Assembly: GCA_036520815.1 (NCBI GenBank)
Contig: DATDIY010000036.1
Coordinates: 1-39,771, forward strand
Source: Acidimicrobiales bacterium
Lineage (GTDB): Bacteria > Actinomycetota > Acidimicrobiia > Acidimicrobiales > Acidimicrobilacustridaceae
Direction of reading: 5' to 3'
DNA length: 39,771 bases
In this document: one piece after another, positions 23,945 to 33,037 of the stretch
Numbering within the stretch: position 1 is the first letter of the stretch
How the letters are laid out: each line of letters begins with the position of its first letter
Notes under the pieces: generated by a model
Told to the model about the DNA's origin: nothing
Database searches by the model: none
What the model saw: only the letters and a program-made list of their open reading frames with translations
Program-made: the position numbers and the translations under genes

Positions 23945-23979
23945 CCGCCTCATCTTCCCCTGGTCGGCTGCACCGGGCC

Positions 23980-25686
23980 TCAGAGGCTCGGAGTCGTGGT
24001 GTCGCGACCGGATCGCAGCACGCGCCCCGGCCGTCGGTCGGTCGACGCCCCGTCGACGACGATCTCCTCGCCGTTCACGAGGACGTGCCCGACTCCGGTG
24101 CTGCCGGCGAACAGGCGCCGGCCTCCGGCGGGCAGGTCGGCTCGGGTCTCGGGCGGCTCGCTCCCGACGGTCGCCTCGTCGAACACGACGACGTCGGCCC
24201 ACGCCCCCTCCCGGAGCACGCCGCGATCGCGCAGGCCGTGGAGCTCGGCCGGCACCTGGGTGATCAGGCGCACGGCTTCCTCGGTGGAGAGCAGGCCGTG
24301 CTCGCGAACGCAATCGGAGAGAAGCGAGGTGGTGTACCGGAAGGTGTCGATCATGTCGAGGTGGGCGCCTGCGTCGGAGGCGCCGACGACGACGCGGGGA
24401 TCGCGCAGGACCTTGCCCCGGGCCTCCCAGTCCTCGCGGGCGTCACCGGACGGCGGCGGGCCGAACGAGGTGCGCAACTCGTCGGCGACGGCGAGGTCGA
24501 CGAGGGTGTCGAACGGGTCCTTGCCCTCCTCAGCCGCGATGTCGGCGACGGCGCGACCCTCGTAGCGCTGCAGCTCGGGCGAGCTGCACTCCTGGATGAC
24601 GAAGCGACCCCAGTGGTTCCAGTGGGACGGCTGCGACTCGGCCAGCTCGCGCATGTGGGCCCGCCCTTCCGGGCTCCGGAGCATCTGGAGCTTCTCCGGC
24701 GCCGGGAGAGCCATGAGCTTGTCCCAGCCCGGCATCATGTCGAGCACGAACCCGCTCAGGAAGTTGAGCCGCAAGTGGATCGGCATGGGCATGAACAGCG
24801 CCGCGATCCGGCCGCCCCGGGCCCGAGCCCGATCGGAGACCGCCAGCTTCGCCTCGACGGAATCGAGGTTGGCCGCGGTGACGTTGACGATGTTCCAGTT
24901 CAGCGAGCGTCCGGACCGCACCGTGAGGTCGATCATGATCTGCTCGATCGGCTCGGGGAACGGCCCGGGCCCGACGAAGGGCACCATCTCCAGGCAGGTG
25001 CCGGGGAACTCTCCACACACCTCGGCCAGGGCCATCAACTCCTCGACCGATGCGCACCGCGACGGGACAGGGTCGCCGGCGGCGTCGTTGTGGCTGCGGG
25101 CGAGACTCGACGAGAAGCCCAGGCCACCGGCGCCCAGGCCGGCGCGCAGCATCGCCTTCATGGCGTCGAGCTCGGTGGGCGTCGACTCCCGCTCCTTGGC
25201 CGCCTCGCCCATCACCACCCGACGGATGGCCGAGTGCCCCACCATGAAGCCGATGTTCGGGGCGACCGCTCCCTCGATGCGACCGAGGTACTCGTCCGTG
25301 GTGCCCCAGTCCCACGACGACGACGCCTCCAGCGAGGCGAGCGGCATGCCCTCGACCCGGGCCAGCATCGTCATGAGGTAGGAGGCGGCGTCGCCGTCGA
25401 GCGGCGCCACGCTGAAGCCGCAGTTCCCGCCGACCATCGACGTGATCCCGTGAAGGGTGGACGGAGCCAACGTGGGGTCCCACAGGACCTGGGCGTCGTA
25501 GTGCGTGTGCACGTCGACGAAGCCGGGCGCGACGATGCGACCCTCGGCGTCGATCACCTTGGCGGCGGGCTCGTCGACCTCGCCGATGGCGACGATGCGC
25601 CCGTCGCGGATGCCGACATCGCCATGGCGTCGAGGCGAACCGGTGCCGTCGACGATGGCGCCGTCCTTGACGATGGCGTCGAGCAT
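23980..25686 (-). CDS. N-acyl-D-amino-acid deacylase (D-aminoacylase)-family amidohydrolase
   Basis: MLDAIVKDGAIVDGTGSPRRHGDVGIRDGRIVAIG...IDAEGRIVAPGFVDVHTHYD, and C-terminal ...GASDAGAHLD...LREGAWADVVVFD. GAGGAGG lies upstream. The ATG shares a base with the upstream stop (TGATG at 25686). 568 aa. Confidence 0.8.
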   Translation of the reverse strand: MLDAIVKDGAIVDGTGSPRRHGDVGIRDGRIVAIGEVDEPAAKVIDAEGRIVAPGFVDVHTHYDAQVLWDPTLAPSTLHGITSMVGGNCGFSVAPLDGDAASYLMTMLARVEGMPLASLEASSSWDWGTTDEYLGRIEGAVAPNIGFMVGHSAIRRVVMGEAAKERESTPTELDAMKAMLRAGLGAGGLGFSSSLARSHNDAAGDPVPSRCASVEELMALAEVCGEFPGTCLEMVPFVGPGPFPEPIEQIMIDLTVRSGRSLNWNIVNVTAANLDSVEAKLAVSDRARARGGRIAALFMPMPIHLRLNFLSGFVLDMMPGWDKLMALPAPEKLQMLRSPEGRAHMRELAESQPSHWNHWGRFVIQECSSPELQRYEGRAVADIAAEEGKDPFDTLVDLAVADELRTSFGPPPSGDAREDWEARGKVLRDPRVVVGASDAGAHLDMIDTFRYTTSLLSDCVREHGLLSTEEAVRLITQVPAELHGLRDRGVLREGAWADVVVFDEATVGSEPPETRADLPAGGRRLFAGSTGVGHVLVNGEEIVVDGASTDRRPGRVLRSGRDTTTPSL

Positions 25687-26969
25687 CAGGCCTCCTCTGC
25701 GTTCTGGTGTGCAACGTGCTCGGACGTCCGAGCAGATCGCATACCGGAACGGGGGATGGACTGGCGGAGATCGGGTTCGAGACCGAGCATACGGATGGCG
25801 TTGCCCCGGGTGATCTTGTACACCTCGTCCTCGGGCAGCCCGGCCAGCGCCTTCGACAGGTACTCGTGGGTGTGGGGCCAGGTGGAGTCCTGGTGGGGGA
25901 AATCGGACTCGAAGGTGATCTGGTCGATCCCGACGGCCTCGCGCACCTCGATCCCGAAGTCGTCCTCGAAGAAGCACCCGAACACCCGACCGGCCATCTG
26001 GGCACTCGGGGGCTCCACGAAGACGTCGCCGACCTTGGAGATGGCGTTGCCCACCCGCCAGATCCGGTCCATCCGCTCGAGGGCGTACGGCATCCAGCCG
26101 ATCTGGCTCTCGGAGAACGCCAGCTTCACGTTGGGGTACTTCACCAGCAGGCCCGAGAACAACCAGTCGACGAACGACAGCTGGGCGTTGAAGTTGATGG
26201 TCGCCTGCCGGATCCGTCCTGGCGCGTCGTTGCCGGTCGATGGGACCGTCGACGACGAGCCGATGTGCATGCAGATGACCGTGCCGGTCTCGTCGCAGGC
26301 CTGGATGAACGGGAGCCAGTGGCCGTCGGCGGCGTGGATGCTCGGGAGATCGAGCATGGCGGGCAGCTCGGTGAACGAGACGGCCCGCACTCCCCGGGCG
26401 GCGTTGCGGCGGACCTCGACCGCGGCCAGGGCAGGATCCCAGAGAGGCACGAGGCACAGCGGCAGGAGCCGGCCTCCGCTCTCCCCGGCCCACTCTTCGA
26501 CCATCCAGTCGTTGTACGCGCGCAGGTAGGCGAGGGCGAGCTCCTTGTCCTCCATCCACAGGAAGAGCTGGCCGGCGAACCGGCAGGTGTTGGGGAAGCA
26601 CAGCGACCGCTCGATCTTCGCCCGGTCCATGTCGGCGAGGCGTGCCGGAACCTGCCAGCACCCGGGCCGCATCTCCTCGAACGTGATCGGGTCGTGGGTG
26701 ACCTCCTCGGGCGGCAGGCCGGCGGCGGCCTCCACCTTGGGGATGGCGAGGCGGAACTCACCGATCTCCCAGAACTCGGTGATCGGGCCGTCGCTCGCCG
26801 GCTCGAAGCCGTGGCTTCGCATGCCACCGCCACGCTGCCAGGGCAGACGCACGATCTTCGGGCCCTGCTCCCGGAGGGCGGCCGGCAGCCACGTCTGCCA
26901 CAGGTGTGGCGGCTCCATGATGTGGTCGTCGACCGAGATGATCCACGGGATCTCTTGGGCTGTGGTCAC
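25686..26969 (-). CDS. amidohydrolase-2 (ACMSD/LigW-like TIM-barrel metal hydrolase/decarboxylase) family protein
   Basis: WIISVDDHIMEPPHLW... and ...ITFESDFPHQDSTWP are hallmarks of the PF04909-type family. GTG start at 26969 is preceded by GGGGGGA. 427 aa. Confidence 0.75.
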   Translation of the reverse strand: MTTAQEIPWIISVDDHIMEPPHLWQTWLPAALREQGPKIVRLPWQRGGGMRSHGFEPASDGPITEFWEIGEFRLAIPKVEAAAGLPPEEVTHDPITFEEMRPGCWQVPARLADMDRAKIERSLCFPNTCRFAGQLFLWMEDKELALAYLRAYNDWMVEEWAGESGGRLLPLCLVPLWDPALAAVEVRRNAARGVRAVSFTELPAMLDLPSIHAADGHWLPFIQACDETGTVICMHIGSSSTVPSTGNDAPGRIRQATINFNAQLSFVDWLFSGLLVKYPNVKLAFSESQIGWMPYALERMDRIWRVGNAISKVGDVFVEPPSAQMAGRVFGCFFEDDFGIEVREAVGIDQITFESDFPHQDSTWPHTHEYLSKALAGLPEDEVYKITRGNAIRMLGLEPDLRQSIPRSGMRSARTSEHVAHQNAEEA

Positions 26970-27000
26970 ACGTCCCCCCGGAGGTGCTCGTCAAGCACTC

Positions 27001-27015
27001 TTACGCTATGCGTAG
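27001..27015. promoter_or_regulatory. operator candidate, site 1: TTACGC-TAT-GCGTAG
   Basis: Perfect TACGC-N3-GCGTA palindrome in a locally AT-richer patch of the 104-nt gap, 32-46 nt upstream of GTG 26969. An adjacent small hairpin GTGCT-cgtca-AGCAC lies at 26984-26998. Confidence 0.55.
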
Positions 27016-27073
27016 CTTTGTGTCGGATGCGGCGGACGTCAACTCGGTCGGATGGACCCGCCGGAGCGACCGC

Positions 27074-28192
27074 TCACATCCCCACCAGATCCGCCAGCCG
27101 TTCGCGCCACGCCGACGGAACGCCGAACAGCAGCTCGGACGAGGTGGCGCGCCGGAGATAGAGGTGCGCGGGATGCTCGTAGGTGAAGCCCATCCCTCCA
27201 TGGATCTGGATGTTCTCGGACGCCACCGAGACGTAGGCCTCCGAGCAGAACGACCTCGCGATGGCAGCCGCTTCGGACAGCTCCCCCGGCGCCTCGGCGG
27301 CGGTCCACATCGCGTTGTACGCGGCGGTCTTCGCCAGCTCGACCTCCATCAACATGTCGGCGCACTTGTGCTTGATGGCCTGGAAGCTGCCGATGATGCG
27401 GCCGAACTGAACCCGCTCGGAGGCGTAGGCCACCGCCATGTCGAGGACGCACTGCGATCCGCCGGCCTGCTCGGCCGCCAGACCGGTGACGGCGAGGTCG
27501 AACACCTCTGTGAGCAGCGCCCAGCCCTGCCCGTCGGTGCCGACCAACGTCGCCGGCACCCCGTCGAGCTCGAGGCGGGCCTGGGCCCGGGTGAGATCGA
27601 GGGTCTGCATCCGGGTCCGCACGAGCCCCGGCGCGTCACCCCGTACCGCGAAGAGCGACACGCCGGCAGCGGTGCGGGCGGCGACGAGCACGAGGTCGGC
27701 GATGTGGCCGTCGATCACGTACGACTTCGTTCCGGTGATCGCCCAGCCGTCGCCCACCGGTGATGCCCCGGTGGCGATCCCGGCTTCATCAGCACCGCCC
27801 GAGTCCTCGAGGTACGCCAGCGAGCCGATCACCGAGCCGTCCGCGATGCCCGGCAGCCACTCCCCCATCGCCGCCTCGTCGCCCGAGCAGAGCAGCGTGT
27901 TGGCGGCGAGCACGACGCTGGAGAGGAACGGGGCGCAGAGGAGGCTGCGGCCCATCTCCTCCAGCACGATTCCCAGCTCGACGAAGGAGTACCCCGAGCC
28001 GCCGTAGGCCTCGGGGATGGCGAGGCCCTGCAATCCGAGCTGCTCGGCCATCTGGCCCCAGACCGCCGGGTCGTAGCCCTCCACGGTCTCCATCAGCCGC
28101 CGCACCTCGGCCTCGGGCGACTTCTGCTCGAGGAAGGCGCGGACGGTGCGCCGCAGCTCGTCCTGCTCCTCGGTGAACACGATGTCGGTCAC
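27074..28192 (-). CDS. acyl-CoA dehydrogenase family protein, beta-type subunit
   Basis: The GTG at 28192 overlaps the upstream stop (GTGA). The product begins VTDIVFTEEQDELRRTVRAFLE... and continues ...IPEAYGGSGYSFVEL.... The C-terminus IQIHGGMGFTYEHPAHLYLRR lacks a GGT-E-Q motif. 372 aa. Confidence 0.82.
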   Translation of the reverse strand: MTDIVFTEEQDELRRTVRAFLEQKSPEAEVRRLMETVEGYDPAVWGQMAEQLGLQGLAIPEAYGGSGYSFVELGIVLEEMGRSLLCAPFLSSVVLAANTLLCSGDEAAMGEWLPGIADGSVIGSLAYLEDSGGADEAGIATGASPVGDGWAITGTKSYVIDGHIADLVLVAARTAAGVSLFAVRGDAPGLVRTRMQTLDLTRAQARLELDGVPATLVGTDGQGWALLTEVFDLAVTGLAAEQAGGSQCVLDMAVAYASERVQFGRIIGSFQAIKHKCADMLMEVELAKTAAYNAMWTAAEAPGELSEAAAIARSFCSEAYVSVASENIQIHGGMGFTYEHPAHLYLRRATSSELLFGVPSAWRERLADLVGM

Positions 28193-29784
28193 GAGCCCTC
28201 CCCGATGTCGCCCTTCGGATCGGCGAGCCCGAACGCGTCGCGAGCCAGCTCGCCGGCCCGACGGCGGTCGACCTTGTCCCGGGGCGTGAGTGGCACCGCG
28301 TCGATTGCGAAGAACCGGCGGGGGACCTTGTAGGCGGCGAGCTGCCCCCGCATCTCGTCGACGAGGGCCTGCTCGTCGGGCTCGCCGACCCACGCGACCC
28401 CGGCCACCGGCAGCTCGCCGAGGCGCTCGTCGGGCAGGGCCACGACGACGACGTCGTTCACGAGCGACGAGGCGCGCGCGACCTCCTCGACCTCGGCCGG
28501 GTAGACGTTGAACCCGCCCACGATCATCTTCTCCTGCACCCGCCCGGTGATGTAGAGGATCCCGTGCTCGTCGATGCGGCCGACGTCGCCCGTGGCGACG
28601 AAGCCGTCGGCGTCCACCGGCACGGCCTCGCCGCCGATGAACTCGGTCGAGGCCCCGTCGGTCCGCACCATGATCTCGCCCTCACCTTCAGGGCGGTCGT
28701 CGTCGAGGTGGCGGATGCGCACCTCGACTCCGGCGGCGAGCCGTCCGACCGAGCCCGGGCCACGGAGGCCGGCACGAACGTCGTCGAGGCGCTCCTGGGC
28801 GACGGCACCCACCTCGGTGTTGCCGTAGGCCTGCATCACCGGGATGCCGTAACGCGCTTCGAAGCGCTCGCGCACCGCTGTCGCCAGGGGCGCGGTGCCC
28901 GACGTGGCGAACGTGACGCTGCTCAGGTCGAGGACCTCGTCGGTGTCGGCGAGCGCGTGGATCATCGCCGGCGTGAGCTGCAGCGAGTCCATCGGGTAGT
29001 TGGAGAGCAGGGCGCGTACCGCCGGCACGGTGAACCTCGGGACCAGCAGCGTGGGGCGGCCGATCCAGAGTCGGAACGCCACCCGGACGAAGCCCGTCAT
29101 GTGGCCGAACGGGTTGAAGATGACCCCGGGCGGGAGATGGGCCGGCGCCGGATCGGGCCGGTACGAACCGCTGCGGGCGTAGCCGGCGGCGATCCCGCTG
29201 CCCTCGGCGATCAGATCGGCGTGCGTGTGGGGGATGCCCTTCGGTCGGCCGGTGGTGCCGGACGTGAAGATGGCGACAGCCAGGTCGTCGGGATCGGGAG
29301 TGGGCAGCACTGCGGTCGTCCACCCGTCGGCGCCCGGATCGGCGGCGCCGACGAGCACGCCCGACCCGTCGACCTCGATCACCCTGACGTCGCCACCCAG
29401 CGACGGGGCACCCTGGCGGCGAACGACGACGTCCACCTCGGCCAGGTCGAAGAGGCGGTCGGCCTCGTTGGCCGGCAACAGCGTGCCCACCGCGGCGACG
29501 GCGCCGCCGGCGAACCACACGCCCAGCGACGCCACGACCCAGCACGGCTCGTTGGTCAGATAGCAGCCGACCCGATCGCCCGGTCCGACCCCGGCGTCGC
29601 GCAGGGCGCCGGCGAGGGCCGCCGCCCGGGAGAGCACCTGGCCGTAGGACAGGGCGTGAGTCGTGTAGGGCTCGTGCTCGTCGACGGTGACGAGGAACGG
29701 CGCGGTGGCGTCGCTCCGGGCCCGGCGCAGCGCCATCTCGGGGACGGTGACCGGAGGGGCCTCGACCTCCGCTGCCGCGGTCAC
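28189..29784 (-). CDS. AMP-dependent acyl-CoA synthetase/ligase
   Basis: AMP-binding motif IFTSGTTGRPKGIPHTH, and ...TGDVGRIDEHGILYITGRVQEKMIVGGFNVYPAEVEE. The GTG at 29784 overlaps the upstream stop (GTGA). An internal ATG (MALRRARS) is an alternative start. Confidence 0.85.
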   Translation of the reverse strand: MTAAAEVEAPPVTVPEMALRRARSDATAPFLVTVDEHEPYTTHALSYGQVLSRAAALAGALRDAGVGPGDRVGCYLTNEPCWVVASLGVWFAGGAVAAVGTLLPANEADRLFDLAEVDVVVRRQGAPSLGGDVRVIEVDGSGVLVGAADPGADGWTTAVLPTPDPDDLAVAIFTSGTTGRPKGIPHTHADLIAEGSGIAAGYARSGSYRPDPAPAHLPPGVIFNPFGHMTGFVRVAFRLWIGRPTLLVPRFTVPAVRALLSNYPMDSLQLTPAMIHALADTDEVLDLSSVTFATSGTAPLATAVRERFEARYGIPVMQAYGNTEVGAVAQERLDDVRAGLRGPGSVGRLAAGVEVRIRHLDDDRPEGEGEIMVRTDGASTEFIGGEAVPVDADGFVATGDVGRIDEHGILYITGRVQEKMIVGGFNVYPAEVEEVARASSLVNDVVVVALPDERLGELPVAGVAWVGEPDEQALVDEMRGQLAAYKVPRRFFAIDAVPLTPRDKVDRRRAGELARDAFGLADPKGDIGEGS

Positions 29785-31010
29785 GATCGCTTCACCTGCG
29801 ACCACGGCACACCCTTGTCGGCCGATGGCTCCTTGGGGAGGCCGAGCACCCGTTCGCCGAGGATGTTGCGCTGCACCTCCGAGGTACCCCCGGCGATGGT
29901 CTTCGAGCGTCCCCGGAGGTAGGCCCAGGCCGTGCCGCGGTGCCAGCGGTCGTCCTCGACCCACGCCTGGCCGGCCGGGCCCTCGAGCTCGAGGGCGAAG
30001 GCCTGAAGGCGCTGGGAGTGCTCGCTGTAGAAGAGCTTGGTGATCGACCCCTCCGGTCCTGGCTGCTGACCGGCCCGTCGCTTGGCTGCGGCCCGCTGGT
30101 TGGTGAGCGACACCAGGCGGTCCTCGATGTAGAGCTCGGCCAGGCGCTGGCGCAGCAACGGGTCGCCGACGGGGGCGTGCCGCTTGATGAGCGCCCTCAC
30201 CGACCGGCCGGTGGTGGTGCCCGGCAGCGACGCACCGCTGCCGGCGACGGCCTGACGCTCGCTGGCCAGGATGGAGGTGCTGACCTTCCACCCCTCACCG
30301 ATCGGGCCGAGGCGCAGCGAGTCGTCGACCCGGGCGTCGTCGAAGAAGACCTCGTTGAACTCCGGATCCCCGGTGATCTGCGGCAGGGGCCGGATGGTCA
30401 CCCCGGGTTGGTCCATCGGCAGGAGGAACGCCGTGATCCCCTGGTGCTTGGGCACATCGGGGTCGGTGCGAGCCAGCAGAAGCCCGAACGACGACTCGTG
30501 AGCCATGCTCGCCCACACCTTCTGCCCGTTGACGATCCACGTGTCGCCGTCGCGAACGGCGCGGGTGGCGAGGCTGGCGAGATCGGAGCCGGCACCGGGC
30601 TCGGAGAAGAGCTGGCACCAGATCTCTCGATGCTGGGCGATGGGGCGGAGGAACCGCTCCTTCTGGTCGTCGGTGCCCCACCGGAGGATGGCGGAACCGG
30701 CGAGGTCGACGCCGATCGGGTTGGTGAAGCGGGGAACCTTGTAACGGCCGAGCATCCGGGCGATGCCGGACGCGACCTTCGGGGCGAGTCCGAGACCGCC
30801 GTACTCGACCGGCCACGTGGGCGTGACGTAGCCGGCCTCGGCCAGATCGAGCCACCACTGGTCGAGCTCGAGCTCCTCCCGTGCCGACGAGAGCGCGTCG
30901 GCATCGTCCTCGTCGATCGCCTTCACCCAACGGGCCGGGAGTCGGCCCCGGAGGAACCGCTCGGCCTGCGCGGCGAGCTCGTCGGCGCCGACCGGGTCGC
31001 TCACTGCCAC
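29781..31010 (-). CDS. acyl-CoA dehydrogenase, alpha-type subunit
   Basis: 409 aa with ...TPTWPVEYGGLGL..., WIVNGQKVWAS, and C-terminal IAGGTSEVQRNILGERVLGLPKE. It is a paralogue of the 18839-20098 product. Confidence 0.85.
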   Translation of the reverse strand: MAVSDPVGADELAAQAERFLRGRLPARWVKAIDEDDADALSSAREELELDQWWLDLAEAGYVTPTWPVEYGGLGLAPKVASGIARMLGRYKVPRFTNPIGVDLAGSAILRWGTDDQKERFLRPIAQHREIWCQLFSEPGAGSDLASLATRAVRDGDTWIVNGQKVWASMAHESSFGLLLARTDPDVPKHQGITAFLLPMDQPGVTIRPLPQITGDPEFNEVFFDDARVDDSLRLGPIGEGWKVSTSILASERQAVAGSGASLPGTTTGRSVRALIKRHAPVGDPLLRQRLAELYIEDRLVSLTNQRAAAKRRAGQQPGPEGSITKLFYSEHSQRLQAFALELEGPAGQAWVEDDRWHRGTAWAYLRGRSKTIAGGTSEVQRNILGERVLGLPKEPSADKGVPWSQVKRS

Positions 31011-31780
31011 CGGGGCTCCCGCTTCTCTGCGAACGCCAGCGGCCCCTCTTTGCAGTCAGGGTGGTCCCGGAAGGCCCGCAGGAGCTCCCAACCATGCTGC
31101 ATGGCCTCCGACATCGGCCGCTCGAGCGACGCCCGTATCGCCCGCTTCGACGCCTCGATGGCCCCCGGGGAGCCGCTCGACGCCAGCTCGGCCAGCTCGA
31201 TGGCGCGATCGACGAGCCGCTCGGGCTCCACGACCTCGTCGACGAGCGAGATGCGGTGGGCCTCGTGGACGTCGATCCGCCCGTGCCGGCCCAGCACGGC
31301 GAGGCGGAGGGCGTTGCCCAGACCGATGCGGGGCACGAGCGTGATCGGCTCGATGGCGGCCACCTGGCCGACGCTCACGTGGGTGTCGAGGAAGGAGGCG
31401 TTGGTCGATGCGACGATCACGTCGGCGTCGGCGAGGAAGTGGAGCCCGGAGCCTGTGCACACCCCATTGACCGCCACGATGGTGGGCAGCCAGCAGTCGC
31501 ACTCGAGCGGCGTGGTCTGCAGGTGGTCACTGACCTTCGGCACGACCGGGCGCGGCCCGCCCTCCTCGGCTGCGTCCTTGAGGTCCATCCCGGTGCAGAA
31601 CGCACGCTCCCCGGTACCGGTGACCACGATGGCACGGACGCTCGGATCGTCCTTCAGCGATCGCCACGTGTCGCGGAAGCCCTCGTGCACGGCGCGGCTG
31701 AGCGCGTTCATGCGTTCCGGGCGGTCGATCGTCGCCACGAGCACGTGGCCTCGCCGCTCGATCCTGAGTCCGTCGATCAT
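31001..31780 (-). CDS. enoyl-CoA hydratase/isomerase (crotonase) family protein
   Basis: VLVATIDRPERMNAL...IVVTGTGERAFCTGMDLK...VNGVCTGSGLHFLADAD. The ATG overlaps the upstream stop (ATGA at 31777-31780). Confidence 0.85.
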   Translation of the reverse strand: MIDGLRIERRGHVLVATIDRPERMNALSRAVHEGFRDTWRSLKDDPSVRAIVVTGTGERAFCTGMDLKDAAEEGGPRPVVPKVSDHLQTTPLECDCWLPTIVAVNGVCTGSGLHFLADADVIVASTNASFLDTHVSVGQVAAIEPITLVPRIGLGNALRLAVLGRHGRIDVHEAHRISLVDEVVEPERLVDRAIELAELASSGSPGAIEASKRAIRASLERPMSEAMQHGWELLRAFRDHPDCKEGPLAFAEKREPRWQ

Positions 31781-33012
31781 GGGGCAGCCGCCTCGGGGTC
31801 GTCCTCTGGGTCGTACTCGGGGATGACGGCCGGGCCACCGTCGGACCCAGCCAGGATCACGACGATCCGGGCGGTGCAGGTCGTCTCGCCCCGCTGGTTG
31901 ACGCCCTCAGCGTCGACGGTGACCGTGCCACGGTCACGATCGACCTCGGACACCACCCCGGACACGACGTGGGCGTCGCCCAGATAGTCGAACTTCCGGG
32001 CCGTCGCCGTGATCTTCCAGATCCAGGCGCCGTCGCCCATCCAGTTCCCGACGAGCTGCGCCATCCACGCCGTGCGCATGACGCCGTAGTCGTAGGCGGC
32101 GGGATGGCCCATGCGCTGAGCCCACTCGTCGTCCCAGTGGCAGCGCTGGACGGTGTCCCAGAACCCCTGCTCGTTGCGTGTGTAGAACTTCGGGATCCTC
32201 TGGCGGTTCTGGTACGCGATCTTCGACGGGCCGCCCCCGAACATCCCCCAGCCCGTGCCCGTGTGCCAGCTCAGGATGTCGGTGACGCTCAGCGGTCCCT
32301 TGGCGATGGGCCCGAGGCGCGCACCGACCTCGACCTCGTCGATCGAGAGGTGCTCGGCGCCACGCACGCTCTCCGCCGCGTAGAGAGCGTCGAGGCGCTC
32401 GACGTCGTCGTCGGTGTAGGTGGCCCGCTCGACCACCCGCTTCTCGCCGGCCTTCTTCGACTTGTCGCGGTCGACGTGCATGTAGTCGAGGTAGCGGAAC
32501 CCGAGGAGGCGGCCGTCGCCCGCCTCCCATCGCACGCGGTGGGTGACGAGGGCCCCCACGCCGTCACCGAGCCGGCTGCTCTTCAGCTCGGCGCCGTAGA
32601 GCGACTGCGAGCGGTACATCACGTCGCCGGGGCGCACGGGGCTGGCGAACAGCCACCGTTCGCCACACATGTACTGGCCGATGCCGGCGAGCGGGTCACC
32701 ACCCGACATGGCCTCCTTCTCGGCGTCGGACCACTCGACCGGCCGGCTGATGCCGGCCGAGAACAGGTAGACCGGGGGGGCGATCGGGCCGCTCCACGAC
32801 GACGACGCCGCGTACTCGGGGTCGCCGTAGAGCGGGTTGTCGTCGCCGTAGCCGCGGGCGAAGTGCCGGAACGAGTCCGTCGATGCGACCTCGTTGTGCT
32901 CCCGTGGGGAGAAGCGCACCGGGATGCCGATGCGCCGGCGCACCAGATCGAGGGTCTCCTCGTTCAGCTCCCTGGGTGCGTTGGAGGTGCGCGCTCGCTC
33001 CCCGGTGGTCAC
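31777..33012 (-). CDS. fused double hot-dog (MaoC-like N- and C-terminal domains) hydratase/dehydratase
   Basis: The GTG at 33012 is preceded by GGAGGAAG. The N-terminal half reads RHFARGYGDDNPLYGDPEYA...GPIAPPVY (MaoC-dehydratase-N type). The C-terminal half ends in a hot-dog-like ...DAHVVSGVVSEVDRDRGTVTVDAEGVNQRGE. 411 aa. The upstream part of the track ORF overlaps the amidohydrolase gene. Confidence 0.65.
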   Translation of the reverse strand: MTTGERARTSNAPRELNEETLDLVRRRIGIPVRFSPREHNEVASTDSFRHFARGYGDDNPLYGDPEYAASSSWSGPIAPPVYLFSAGISRPVEWSDAEKEAMSGGDPLAGIGQYMCGERWLFASPVRPGDVMYRSQSLYGAELKSSRLGDGVGALVTHRVRWEAGDGRLLGFRYLDYMHVDRDKSKKAGEKRVVERATYTDDDVERLDALYAAESVRGAEHLSIDEVEVGARLGPIAKGPLSVTDILSWHTGTGWGMFGGGPSKIAYQNRQRIPKFYTRNEQGFWDTVQRCHWDDEWAQRMGHPAAYDYGVMRTAWMAQLVGNWMGDGAWIWKITATARKFDYLGDAHVVSGVVSEVDRDRGTVTVDAEGVNQRGETTCTARIVVILAGSDGGPAVIPEYDPEDDPEAAAP

Positions 33013-33037
33013 GATCTTCCTCCGCCCACTCCGGCCC

